A stretch of 62,380 nucleotides of DNA, taken from the IMG/VR virus record IMGVR_UViG_3300048589_000279, positions 1-62,380 of that record. The stretch is one strand, 5' to 3'. Shown in pieces: positions 30,201 to 42,200 of the stretch. Numbering within the stretch: the stretch's first letter is position 1; each line of letters starts with the position of its first letter. The notes beneath the pieces were generated by a model. It saw nothing but the letters and a program-made list of their open reading frames with translations, had not been told where the DNA came from and made no database searches. A program made the position numbers and the translations under genes. Source of the DNA: a virus. Its lineage: Duplodnaviria; Caudoviricetes.

Positions 30201-33200
30201 GTCCGCGTTCCACCATTTCGAGCATGGAAGAATGGTCCATAAATGGGTAAGGCCATTCCGCTTTGTCCATCTGCTCAAGCGTAGGTGCCAATTCTGCGCG
30301 GGTTTGTTCTTCTCCGTAGGAGAGTCCTTCCGCCCTCATGGCGTCACGCTTTGCCGATTCGCTCAGGCTTTGCAAAGTCTCGACATGGGTCTTGGTGGAA
30401 ACTCCGTCCAGATGTGTCGCTTCGCCGCTCTCGATGGCATTGGCGAGGTTGCGCATGGTTTCCGCCATGGCTTTCACTCCGCGGGCTGCTGCCTCGGCGT
30501 GAACGGCTTCTTTGGCGCGTTTCGGGGTGTTCTCCCTGCGGTCGCGGTTGAGCGATGTGTCGGCCGCCTGGTCCATCCGGTCTGCGGCAGCGGAAAGCCG
30601 TTCGGCGGCGGCGTTCTTCTTCTCCGCGCGGCGCTCCTGCACGGCTTCGGTTCGGTCCACTGTCTCGCCCTTGGTGATCGCTTGGAACTGCTCGGCGGTG
30701 GCGCGGTCCTTGAATTGGAATCCGGGAACGGCTCCGCCCACCCGATAGGACGAGTAGTAACCACCCAGCTTTTTCGCCGCGGCATTGAGGCTGTTATACA
30801 CCTCGCGCTCCACCCGGTCGGCCAGCTTCACCACGAACAACGGCACGCCGGTCTTCGTGTGTTTGGTTTCGATGATCTCGGTGTCGGTGTCGGCCTTGAC
30901 GCCGCGCACGGTCGCTTTCCGCTCCGCCTGTGCCTGCTCCTGCGCCTTGCGGTCGATCCCGCGAACGTTGTCATAGGCGGCGAGTTGTTCCGGGGTCAGG
31001 CGGGATTCACCGCGGGCCATGATCGCGTCATGGCGGGCGTAATCGCTCTTGATGGCCTTGAATGCGGCCACTTCCTCGCCGGTCAGTCCGGTGACTCCCT
31101 TGCGGTTCACGAACTGCTTCCACTCGTCCAGCGTCTCGGGGTTCTCCAGGGCCTTACTGCGGGCTGCCTTGGCGTCCCGGCGCTCTTGTGCCTGCTTCTG
31201 GATGATCTCGTCCGTCCACGTCGCCACGGCCTTGTCCATTGCCGCACGGCGGGAGTTCTCCATCGCTCCGGGTTTGCTCGCGCTCAGGACGCTTCCACCG
31301 TAGGAAAGCATCGATCCGGGGTTGAACTGCCCTTCCAAGGCGTGCATCGCGCTCCGAACCGCATCCGCCTTGTTGTCGGGCTTCCGCATCCCCTGGAACC
31401 TCTCCAGTTCCTTCATGGTCATCTTGGCGATTTCCTTGTGAATCGCTGGCTCGATCGCCTTGAAGGTTTCCCAGCCGGCCTTGATCTGGTCGGCGGTCAC
31501 GTCGCCGTCCTGGATGTTGGTGAAGAACTTCCGCAGGCTCAGGAGGTCGGTGATCGGCTCAACGGTCGATTTCTTTGGAGCTAGGTCCGAAGGTTTGGAT
31601 TCGAGGTCCGAAGGTTGCTCCGAAGGTTTGGCGGATTCCCTGTCTTTCCTCACCTGATCGGCCATCGCCAACAGGGATTCAGCTTCACGGATCGCGGCGG
31701 CTTTGTCCTCACTCGGGTTCTTTGCCTGCTCGGCGCGGGCTTGGCGAAGTCCTTCTTCGAGGGCTTTACGGGTCGGCGCTGGCTTGGCGGCTTCGGGTTT
31801 CTCCACTGGTGGCGTCTCTGCCGGGGTTTCTCCCTTGATGGCGGCAATCTCGGACTTCGCCTCGTCAATGAGACGCTGCCATTGATCCAAGCGGTATTGC
31901 GGTTCTTTCGCCGCACTCGGGCGGGTCAAGTCCAGTTCCAGTTTGCGAATCAGAGCTTCGCGCCGTGTGATCTTGCGCTTGGCCGTTTCCGGCTTGCTCA
32001 TCAGGTCGGAGTAATCCGCCAAGGCCTTCTGTGCTGCTTCGAGGTTGCCTCCCAGCCAGCGACTCAGGGCCGCCCGTCCGCTTTCCCCGGTGGTCTTGCC
32101 GGCGGCTTCCTTGAGGGCCTTGTAAATGTCCTCGGATTCATAGGACGACCACTTCTGTTCGGTGCGACCGTAACCAACATCGACGGTGTTGCGAAACTCT
32201 TTCGCAAGATCGCGGCGGGCGTCCTCGATGGATTGCAAGGTCGCCTTGGCGGAGTTCTCGCGGGCTTCCGCGCCCATCTGTTCGCCGGTGATGTCGGCAA
32301 AGTGACTGATGCACTCGGATCCAACCAGCATCGTCCAGTTCTTCCCGCCGTGCTTGATGTGGTAGAAGTTCTTCACCGGCTGCTTGCCGCACCATTCGCA
32401 GTTGCCGATGACGGATCCGGTTGGGAACAGTGTCGGGGCGTGCTTCATGTCACGAAGTCCGCTGATGTCTTGAAGCGGTTTGCCGGATTCCGGGTCCGTC
32501 TGCCCGTTGAATGGCAGTGCTTCCCACTCGGGAATCCTGGTTCCCATGTGGATCTGGTTCGCGGCGACTGCCTGCTCGTAGGTCCGAATCGGACGATCCT
32601 TGAGGGATTCACTTTCCGCGATGATGGCTTTCGCCTGTTCCTTGGTGATCTTCGCCGCTGCTTCGGCCTGGGTGATCGCGGCGGGCGTCTCCTGCTCCAC
32701 CGGGGCGGCGGGTTGAACTGTCAACGATTGGTTGTCAGTTGCCGGTGCATACAGCTTCGCCCAATCCACCTTCTCGGCGGCGCGGCCCTGCATCGCCTCC
32801 AGGATGCCCCACACCGCTTGGCTGATGGGTTGCAGTCCGATGGGTTCAAGGAACTTCGCCATGTCCTCCGGGGTCTTCACCTCGCCCTTCTCGATCACGC
32901 TTTGCAGGATCGGCATGAGCTTCGGCAGTCCGGTCGGCTTGATCGGCAGCGAGTATTGCGCGTTCGGGTCGGGACTCGCGGAACTGAAAAGCGCCTGTCC
33001 GGCTTCGACTCCCGCTTTCATGGAGGGGGTGATCTGAATGACCCATGCCGGGAAAATTCCGCCTGCGTCGTTTTCTCGCTTTGCCCGGAGAACGTCCACA
33101 ATTTGCGTCACGAACTGGCTCAACCGTCCGGGGTCGTTGCCGGGAATGTCGTCGTAGGTGAGCGAGGTTTGCCCCCATTCGTCGTGAAACTCTTCCAAGT

Positions 33201-36200
33201 CCATGTCGCCGCGGATCAATCGCTTGGCGTCCTGACGGGCTTGTGAGAGTTCTTCACGGGTGAGCTTTCCGGTTCCCTCCTTGGGTTTGCCGATCTTGGA
33301 AAGTTGGACGACTCCGCCCCACTGCTTGACATACTTCCCGATCTCCTTGGGCAGCATGGTGTCGTAGAAGCCCTTCATGCCGGAGCCGCCGACTTTGAGG
33401 TCAACCCCTTCAAGTGATCCCATGCCGTTCCCGATGCTTCCGACGCCTTGCCGGATGCGTGCTGCAACGTCTTTCCCGACGGTGTCTTCGAGCTTCGCGT
33501 CGGTGGAATCTGTCTCCGTGATGATTTCGCCATCCTTGATGCCTTGGATTGTCCAGCCATCTTCAACAGATCCGCCGTAATTGAGAGAGTCAACTTGCCT
33601 CCCAAGATCAAACCTGTCGTTCTGCGTCTCTCCGACCGTCCAACCGATCCAGTCCTTGCCGGATGCCACGGCATCCCGAAGGGCGCGTTTGAATAGGGCG
33701 AGGGGCCATGTGGTGCGGAAGGGAGCGTCGGCTACTTTGCTGCTGTTCACGTCGCTGAATGCCTTCTGCACCGCCTGATTGCGGTCGCGGAACGATCCGA
33801 CAAAGCTCTCGAAGCCATGCGACTGGTGGTAAAGCGCGTGCAGTCCTGATTCGGCCTCGCGGATCGCGTAGCCGGGGGGAAGTTCGCCTTCGGTCTGGGT
33901 GGCAGATTCGACATATCCGCTCTTGCGCCCCGCTTGGTGGCGGTCGCTCTGGATCTCCTCGATGAACAGCCCGCCGTCGCGCTCGTTCAAGCGCATGTGA
34001 GCGACGTAGTTCGGAACGTCGGGGAAGTGGCTGGAGGTGTAGGAATCGTTTCTTTCCGGCGACTCATACAGGGCGTCCATTTCGATGGCGACATCTCCAA
34101 ACGCATCTTTCCAAAGTTGAAATTGCTTTTCTTTTGGGAGTGATAGGAAGTCCGCCTCCGCAATATCGTGATAATTTGCAACCTCATCAGCTTCCAAGGT
34201 TTCTTTAAACTTCCGACGTAATAGATCATTTTTGAATCTCTCCGTCTGAACTGGCATCGCCAGCACCACCTCGCGGTAGTTCTCACCGCCAGGGAGCGTG
34301 TATTGGGAGAACTTGGAATCTGGATGTCCTCCTTGGTCGGACAGTCGTTTCAACTCTTCCGCTTCCAATTTTGTCAGCTTGCCAGCATCCCGCTTGTCGA
34401 GAAGGTCGGACCATCTTTGGTTGTTGACTGGTGGATCAAGCGTCACCTCCTCGAACCTCACCGCGCCCTCATTGGCCAGCCACTCCAGCAACTCCGCCTT
34501 GTCCACTTTGCCGTCCTTGGCGAGTGACTGCGCGGCCTGCTCGATCCCGCTCCACTTGAACTCCTCCGCCTTGCTCCCGCCCTTGGCGATTGCGAGCACC
34601 TGACCCACCGGGGCCGACTTCGGCATCTTGGCTTCCAGCGTGCGGCTGAGTTGCGAGTAGAACGGGGGATTCTCACGGGAGGCGGAGGAGAACAGCGAAC
34701 CTTGCCCGCCGCGGTTCTCTGGTTCTCCCATGAAGAGGCTTTGCTGCGTGATCTTGGGATTCAGGACCGGTGCCGGCTTCACGGCCTCTTTCAATGCCTG
34801 CTCGACTAGTGGCTTGTCCTTAGCTGCCAGGTTCTCGGCCGCCATGTCGAACGCCATCTTCTGTCCAAGCGCGGTTTCCGCTTCGAGTAACGTCTGCTCC
34901 TCCTCGGCGGTCAGCGTCTTGCCGGCGTTACGCTTTGCCGTCAGCGTCTTGTATGCGCCGAACGCGGACTTCGTGCCTTGGATCTTGAGAGCTTTGATTT
35001 CCTCGGTGGGCTTCTGGTTATCGCCAAACAGGTCGTCCATGCCGGAATCGCGGGACCGGCTGGCGGATGAAAACAACCCTTCGAGTTCCTTCAAGTCCTG
35101 CTCCTCTTGCGTCAGGACCGTTTCTGCGGGCTTTGAATCCCTCGCCGCGAACATATCGCCTTGCGCGGCATCCATCGCCGCCTGTGCCTCTTCCTTGGCC
35201 TTGCGTGCGGCTGCCACCTTGTCGCCATCCGTGGTCTTGTCGCCTGTCAGGTTGAATCCTCCATCATCGGCAAACAGTTCCTTCGCATTGGTGTTGCGAA
35301 CGTCCATCTTGGAGACGGGGCGATTAACTCGCTGCCCTTGCTGCATCGCCATGATTTCGTCAGGAGAATAACCAAGGATGTTTTCCTTCTGCCGTTGCTC
35401 CAGATAGGCTTTGGATTCCTCCACGCTCATTCCCTTCGATGGGGCGGGGGCCGCATTGGGTTCTTTCCCCGGTGCGGCGGCGGCTTTCCCTTCCGGCGTG
35501 ATGACTGGCGCTCCGGGATCACTGAATCGGTTCTCCTTGCGGATTTGCTCAACCCACTTGTCCCATTCCGCCACCGTCGCATCACCTTTCTCCACCATGT
35601 AGGCGAAGCGGCCGGATCCCTCTTGATCGCCGGGGCGGAGTCCGGGGGTGTGATACTGGCCTTTCTTGACGAAAAGAATGTCCTGCTCGCGGCGGTTGAT
35701 GGCCGAATCAATGTCTTGGACGCTTACCGGCTGTCCTGCGGGCGCGGCTTTCTTTGCCTCGCGTGTCCTGCGGGCTTTGGCGGTGGTTTCCCGTTGCTTC
35801 TGTTCCGCTGCCTCACGGTCGGAGCGTTCCTGATTGAACTGGTCGGTCAACGGGTGCTTGCCGTTGGCGTTCCATGCTTCCAAGGCCGAATCTCTCGCTT
35901 GGCGAAGCTCGGCAAGCCTTGGGTCGGCTTTGAGGTTGTTGTATGCCCGGTAGCGGCTCGCCACGTTCATTCCGCCGCTCTGCTCGTCATAGAGCTTCCA
36001 TGCCTCATCGGACGCTTCGGACGGGGTAAGAGGAAAGCGGATGTCGTTCCCCATGTCGTCTTGCAAGGCAACCCAATCGTTTCCGCCTTCGTTGTAGGGA
36101 ATCGTTTTGAATCCGGGTGGAAGCGAAACGTCGGCTGCGGCTGCGGCTTCTTGCAATGCCTTCTCAAGCGGTGCCAGTTCTTGCACGGCGGCCTTGTAGT

Positions 36201-39200
36201 CGTCCGCGAGATTGGAATTGCGGGTTTGCCAGCCGCCTACTTCGTTCCCTCTCGGGGCGGCATCCTGCCCGCGTCCCGCTCCACCTTCCGGCGCTTCTCT
36301 TCCGCTCGGCACCTCTCCAGCAGGGCCATCTCCCAAATCCCCCTCCGGCTCAGGCCCGTATTGTTCGAGCAACTGCGCGTAGGTTTCGGGATCCGCTTCC
36401 TTGAGTTCATCCACCGAATCGTAACCTCGGGCAATCGCCGCGTCAACGATGGTCGAAATGATCGGTTCAAACTCGTCGGGCTGCTCCACATAGACGACAT
36501 CGCCGCTGTCGAGAACCTGCCGTCCGAATCTCGCGCCGTCTTGGAGAACCACTTGCCCGCCCTTCTCAACGGACTGAACTTGGAATTCCTCGCCATCGAT
36601 CGTGATCGTGGATCCTTCCACCAAATCACCGGCCTTGATTTCCTCGGTGCCAAAATCGAAGTCATTCGCCCGCTTGAATTCTTCGGCTTGGATCTCCGCA
36701 TCGGTGCGTTCCCGGTTCGGGTTGCGCGGATCGTTCTCCTTGGAAATCTTGCCCTTCGCCACTTGGTCGAGTTCCGCCATGACGGCAATCATCGCCTCGT
36801 CATTGGTCACTTTGTCGCCAAGCAGTCCCGCCCAATCGTCCAAGTCGGTGTTCTCATTGTATTGGCTGAAAAGCATCCCGTGGAGTTCCTGCGCGACTTT
36901 GCCGTTGAAATCGGTGCCGAATGCGGTCTTGGGCAGGTAGGCATTGAATCCCGCCTTCTCCCACTTGTCCCACAACTCGCGTTGCGCCTGGGTCGCTCTG
37001 CCTTCTTCCATCCGGCCTTTGATGATCTTGAGCATCCCCGTTGGCGGGGCTTGGATCCTGCCGCCCATGATCTTGTCGATGGTCGCCAAGTCGCCGGAGC
37101 GCAACAAGCGGAATGCTTCCCGGCGGGCCGGGGTGTCTGTCACCCGGCTTTTCTTCGGAGAAGGTTTCTCCCCGGCGGGTTGGGAAGGTTTGGAGGAAAA
37201 GTCAATTCGAGCCATTTCGGCGCGTTTCAACGTCTCAGCCATGCCTCCACGAAGGAGCAACGTGCGGATGTCTTTCGTCGGGGAGTAAGGCGTGATCCAT
37301 TGGGAACCGAGCTTTTGCTTGATATTGAATTCCCCGTTTCCAAGGTCCACAAGTCGGTAATCTTCCTCGTAAGGAAGTTCCTTGGCATACATGGCAATCC
37401 ATTCGTCTCGATGCGTTTTCAGCCACTCGGGATTGAGTGAAGCGGCGTTGAGCGTCTTTGGAGTGTTCTCCCCGGCATCCGGTGCGCTGGCCTCCTCGGG
37501 CTTTGATTGTGCGGCGGCCTTGGATGCGGGGGAAAGTTCGTCGGGGGACTTGCGCAGCAACGTCCCCAAGCTGTCGGATCTCACCATCAATCGCCCTTTG
37601 GCATCCGGGGCGGCATCCGTGACCGTGCCGGTGTCTTTGGTGCCAAGGTGGGTGAAGCTGACCTTCTCACCGGTGCGATCCTTCGTTTCCGGTTTCGTTT
37701 CCGCAATATCTCCCAGAGTTTCTGGCTTTGCGGCTGGTTCTTTCGGTTTCGTTTCTGGCTTCGTGTCCCCCTTGCCGGTGATCTCCTTGTAGAACGCTTC
37801 GAGTTCGTCCAGGTGCTTCTTGGCGGATGGCGGAAGGTCTTTCAGGATCGACTTCAAGTAGTTGATCGCGGCCTGGATCATGTTCTTGAATGCGTCGGTC
37901 CAGCCTTTGCGGGCCATCTCGCGGACAAGCTCGTTGGTTTCGCCGTTGAGCTTCGCGTTGAGCGCCATCCGGAAAATCTCCGCGCCCTTCTGGCCGGGGC
38001 TGAGTGCCTGCCATTGCGGGCTTCCAGGTGTCGGATCGTAGATCGCTGCCGCGGCCTGATCCACTCCGGAACCCTCGCCGCCCATCTCGGCGTATTGGCC
38101 GGCGTTGAACTGGTTGAACCACACGGCGAACGGCGGCTTCTTGCCCTCGATGGCTTCCCACTCCTGCCGCTTCAATTCGACCTGCGCGAAATGCCCGACT
38201 TCGTGACTGATGGCGAGGTCGGTCAAAACCTCGATGGCCTTGGCTTCATCCCAGCCGTTCACCTTGATCTCGCGGGCGATGTCCTTCGGGGAAATGGTCA
38301 GGGTGCCGTCCAGGGACATCCAGGCGCCTCCGCTGGCCTGCTTGCCATCGGCAACCTTCACCTTGCCCTTGAGGCGGGCGACGGTGCTTTCCACCGCGGC
38401 TTGAACGGCCTTGGCTACTTTCACCGGGTTGGGTGCTTTGTCGGCGGTGGGTGGCTTGGCCGGTTTCTCTACTTCGGGGGCGGATTGACCAGTTGGCGCG
38501 GTGGGTTTTTCCCGAATGACTCGGATTGATTGATCCCCGCGAAGTCTTGCTGCTGATACACGATGGCCGCCATCAAGAACGCTGAATGTTCCTTGGTCGT
38601 TTGGCTTCGACGTTACGAGAATCGGAGGAAATTCCCCGCCACGTTCCGCATACTGCCTGAAAAGAGGATCGCGGACGGTGGAATCGTAGCGTTCACCTTC
38701 CATGTTTGCTGTGATCGCGCTGAGTGGAAGCGTTTCGGCAACGTATTCTTTCCCGTCCTTGATTCTGGTGCGTGGATCAACTCCACCCTCCTTTTCTGAC
38801 GGTTTCAACATCAAGCGGGCTTGTTTTGCCGTGATCTGTTGTGGCTTGGCTACCTCCTCCGGCGCGGGCGCTCCTCCTCCTGGAGCCACGGTTCCGCCTT
38901 GTCCGGTTCCATCTCGAACAGGTTGACCCGGTGCTCCCGTTTCGGCGGGTGGGGATTGTGGATCTTGGGCAGGTGGTCGCGTTTCTTCTCGTCCTTGCGG
39001 GTATGGCTCATTGGATTGTGGTGCGGTTTCTTGGGATGATGGTGCGGCCGGCGCGGCAGTCAGTCCGAAGCGGGCGCGGATCTTCGTCAGCGACTTGTTG
39101 AATCGCCGTGCGTCAGGATTGGACGGATCAATCGGTTTCTCGGATTGTGCCAGGCGGGCTTCGAGGATGGCCGCGGTTGCGGTGTCGCCTCGATCGCGGG

Positions 39201-42200
39201 CCGCACTCAATGCGGTGGCGATGACCGGGAGATGGTCGATGGCTTCCACCGGGGCGGTGCCATCCATGATGATGTTCTCCCGCATCCAGAGGTCGTAATC
39301 CGCCGGCGGCATCGCGGCCACCTTCGCAGGATCGGTGGTGTCAACCACTTCGACCTGTTCGGGCGTGAGTGCTCCAGGAATGTCCTCGGGTGTTACTCGT
39401 CCATCTCGTCCCGGAGGCTTTCCAGCGTCGTCCCTTCCGGCAGGTGCTCCCGGATCATTTCCAGAAACTCCGGATCGTCCTGGTTGGCCTTGATCTCGTC
39501 CCGGCACATTTTGCGATGGATCTTTACCCAATCCTTCGGCATCTCGGCGGGCTTGCTGCTCTGCGGTGTAAGCGTCGTGTTGTTCATTGTTGCGTGCGTG
39601 GAAGGTCGATTGTGCGAAATCGACGGTTTTCTGATCGGTGGACTTGAGAGCCTTCTTGAGCCATGCGGAATACCATTTCTGATTCTTGGCTCCGTTTACC
39701 ATGGCGCGAGCATCACGGGCGCTTTCAGCATCACCTCTTGCGGCAGCCTGGTCCATGAAGTTTTGAAACTGCTGCTCACTGGTGAACCGTGCCGGGGGTT
39801 TTGGTCCGCGTTGCTTGCCTGCTCCGCTCGGACCGGGTGGCGGCGGGGGCGCGGTTGCGCGTCCGGCGGCGGGCCCCGGGCGTGGTCCTGTCGATGATCC
39901 CGCGGTAGGTCCGGGGCGCGGGCCACGTCCTGCGGTCGGGCCTGGGGTTGGTCCTGCTCCCGGCGCGGGTCCAGTGCTCGGTCCAGGTGTCGGGCCTGGT
40001 GCTGGTCCCGCGGTCGGGCCTCCACCAGTCGGCGGCGGTGCACCTGGTCCAGGTGGCGGACTTCCCGGCGGCGGTGGCGGCGGGCCTCCCGGTGCGGTGG
40101 TTCCGGCCATGCTTGGCGCGGCCGGCGTCCCCTTGAGAGCTTCCTTCGCCTTGTTGATGCCTTTTCCGGCGAGTTTCACACCTCCCACGCTTCCACCCAT
40201 CAGCGCCACGATCGCCAGCGTTTGCGGGCCGACTTCTTTCACTGACTTCTTGATGCCTCCAAGGCTCCAATCGGATTCGATCTGGTCGGGGTCCGCGCCT
40301 TGAAGAATCGCCTCGGCTTTCGCCTGTCCGGCTTTCTGCTGGATGTTGGTCGCCGTCTCGCCCGCGACTTCCACACCGGCGGCGCCGATCGCCGCACCCA
40401 TCTTGAGTGCGAGCTTCTTCATGGCGTCCTTGCTGAACTTCTTCACCGTCGAAGATCCGAAGACGAACTTGCCGGCACCCATCATCACGGCGTTGCCGAC
40501 TGCTTCCGGTCCAGCTTCCCAGAGACCGGTGTCCTGGGCAATCGGCAGAAGGATCGCGTAGGCTTCCGCCTTCTCGGCTTCATTCATCGGGCGGCCCTTG
40601 GTCCGCATCGCTTCTGCCTCGAAGTCCTTCCAAGTGTCTCGCATGAAGGATTGGCCTGCCATCCGGTATGCGGCATAGCCTGACGCCGCGGCTCCTGCCA
40701 ATTCTTCCCCTGCGGTGCGACCAACGGCTGAACCGGCAGCAGTTCCTTTCGGTCCAAACACGGAACCCACTACGGATCCCGTCGCTGCACCAGCAGGACC
40801 GGTGACGTATTTGCCCACTGTGTATTTCCCCGTCACATAGGCCGCCAACGTCACCAAAGAGAAAGGCAGTGAGGGTCCGGCTTCCCGAAATGACTCACCC
40901 ACCGACGAACTTTCGCCGGCGGCCTGGTTGATGGCGGTTTTACGCTCCATCTCCTGTTGGTATGCGTCCGCCTGTGCATAGCTCCGTTCCTCGGCGGGCG
41001 TGTATTGGTCCGGGCGTTTCGGTCCCGCCCATGCCGAACGGAATCGGGTCGGTGTGGTTTTCAGACCGGTCACTGCATCCACGATGGCGGAAACCGTGTC
41101 CGCCACGTCGAAGAATTCCTTCTCGGGGATCGGAATGACCTTGGCCTGCATCTTTTCCACCAAGGTTTCATCCATCCCAGGCTTCCATTCGTTCTCGTCC
41201 GCCCACTCGCGGAAGAACTGCGCCTTCACCTCGTTCTTCTCGAACTGGTTCTTCGCGGTGTTCCATTGGTGCTTGGTGTCCGCGTCCGATTTCGAAAGCC
41301 ATTGGCCGAATGCCTGCGGCGTGCTCGGATCGGGAACCGCCATCGAAACTTTGTAGATGCCTTTCAGGAGGGACTCACCGGCCTGGACGGAAAGCGTTCC
41401 GTCACGAACCTTCTTGGCGATGTCGTCCGGTGTCGCCTGTAACATCCGCATGCGGTTGCGGAACATGTCGTCGTCCGGTGACGCTTGGCCGGCCTGGAAG
41501 ACGCTGGCGACGTATTGGGCTTCCGCCACCGTGTCACGCTGGCCATCCGCGTCCCTGAGATAGATCGGTGCGCCGGTGGTGGCCGTGAAGTCCACCGCGC
41601 GGCGGAGTTCCCCACCCTTGTCGTATCCAACCGTGATGAACGGCAGTCCGTTCTTGTCTGTGGCGATCAGCCCGACGTTGCCGTTCTTGCCCTTGATGAA
41701 CGTAAATCCATCGCCGGAGATGCCCACCGTGAGGCTGTCCGCATCCTTGATGCCAACGAAGGCGTTGCGGAATGCTTCCACCTTGGCCGGATCGTCCTGC
41801 GGGATCAGCGGGCGCGCGGCACTGCTGGGCGGACCCATCTCACCGTCTCTGGCTTGGGCGGCATCGAGCACCTCGGGCGCATAGACCAGGGGATAGGATG
41901 CCGCGGCTTCCTGCTCGGGGTTGAGAGTTCCGGTTTCCGCGGCAGCCATGGTGTCGGCGGCGCCGCCATCTTCTTCCGGCAGTCCTTGTTCGTGCCGGGT
42001 GCGATCGACTGTCAGCTTGTAGCCGTCCATCGTCGCCTGGGTGTCCGCCGCGTTGAGTGCTTCCTGCTGCGGCCGCAACTCGTCATACTTTTTCCGGGCC
42101 GTGACGTAGCGGGACTTCGCAGCTTCCAGGGCTTTTCCGTGGGTGGCTACTTCCAATTCCGTCGCCTCGGATTCCGTGCCCGTCTCCTTGTTGCGTTTGA

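Noticed and set aside
35161-37440. Long plus-strand ORFs opposite the giant gene and capsid (e.g. 759, 543, 497, 492 and 480 aa)
   Set aside because: They are antisense shadows of GC-rich coding sequence, with no recognisable motifs
39780-40120. GC-rich Pro/Gly repeats (PGPT/AGP) as a DNA repeat element
   Set aside because: Explained by a low-complexity linker in the giant protein
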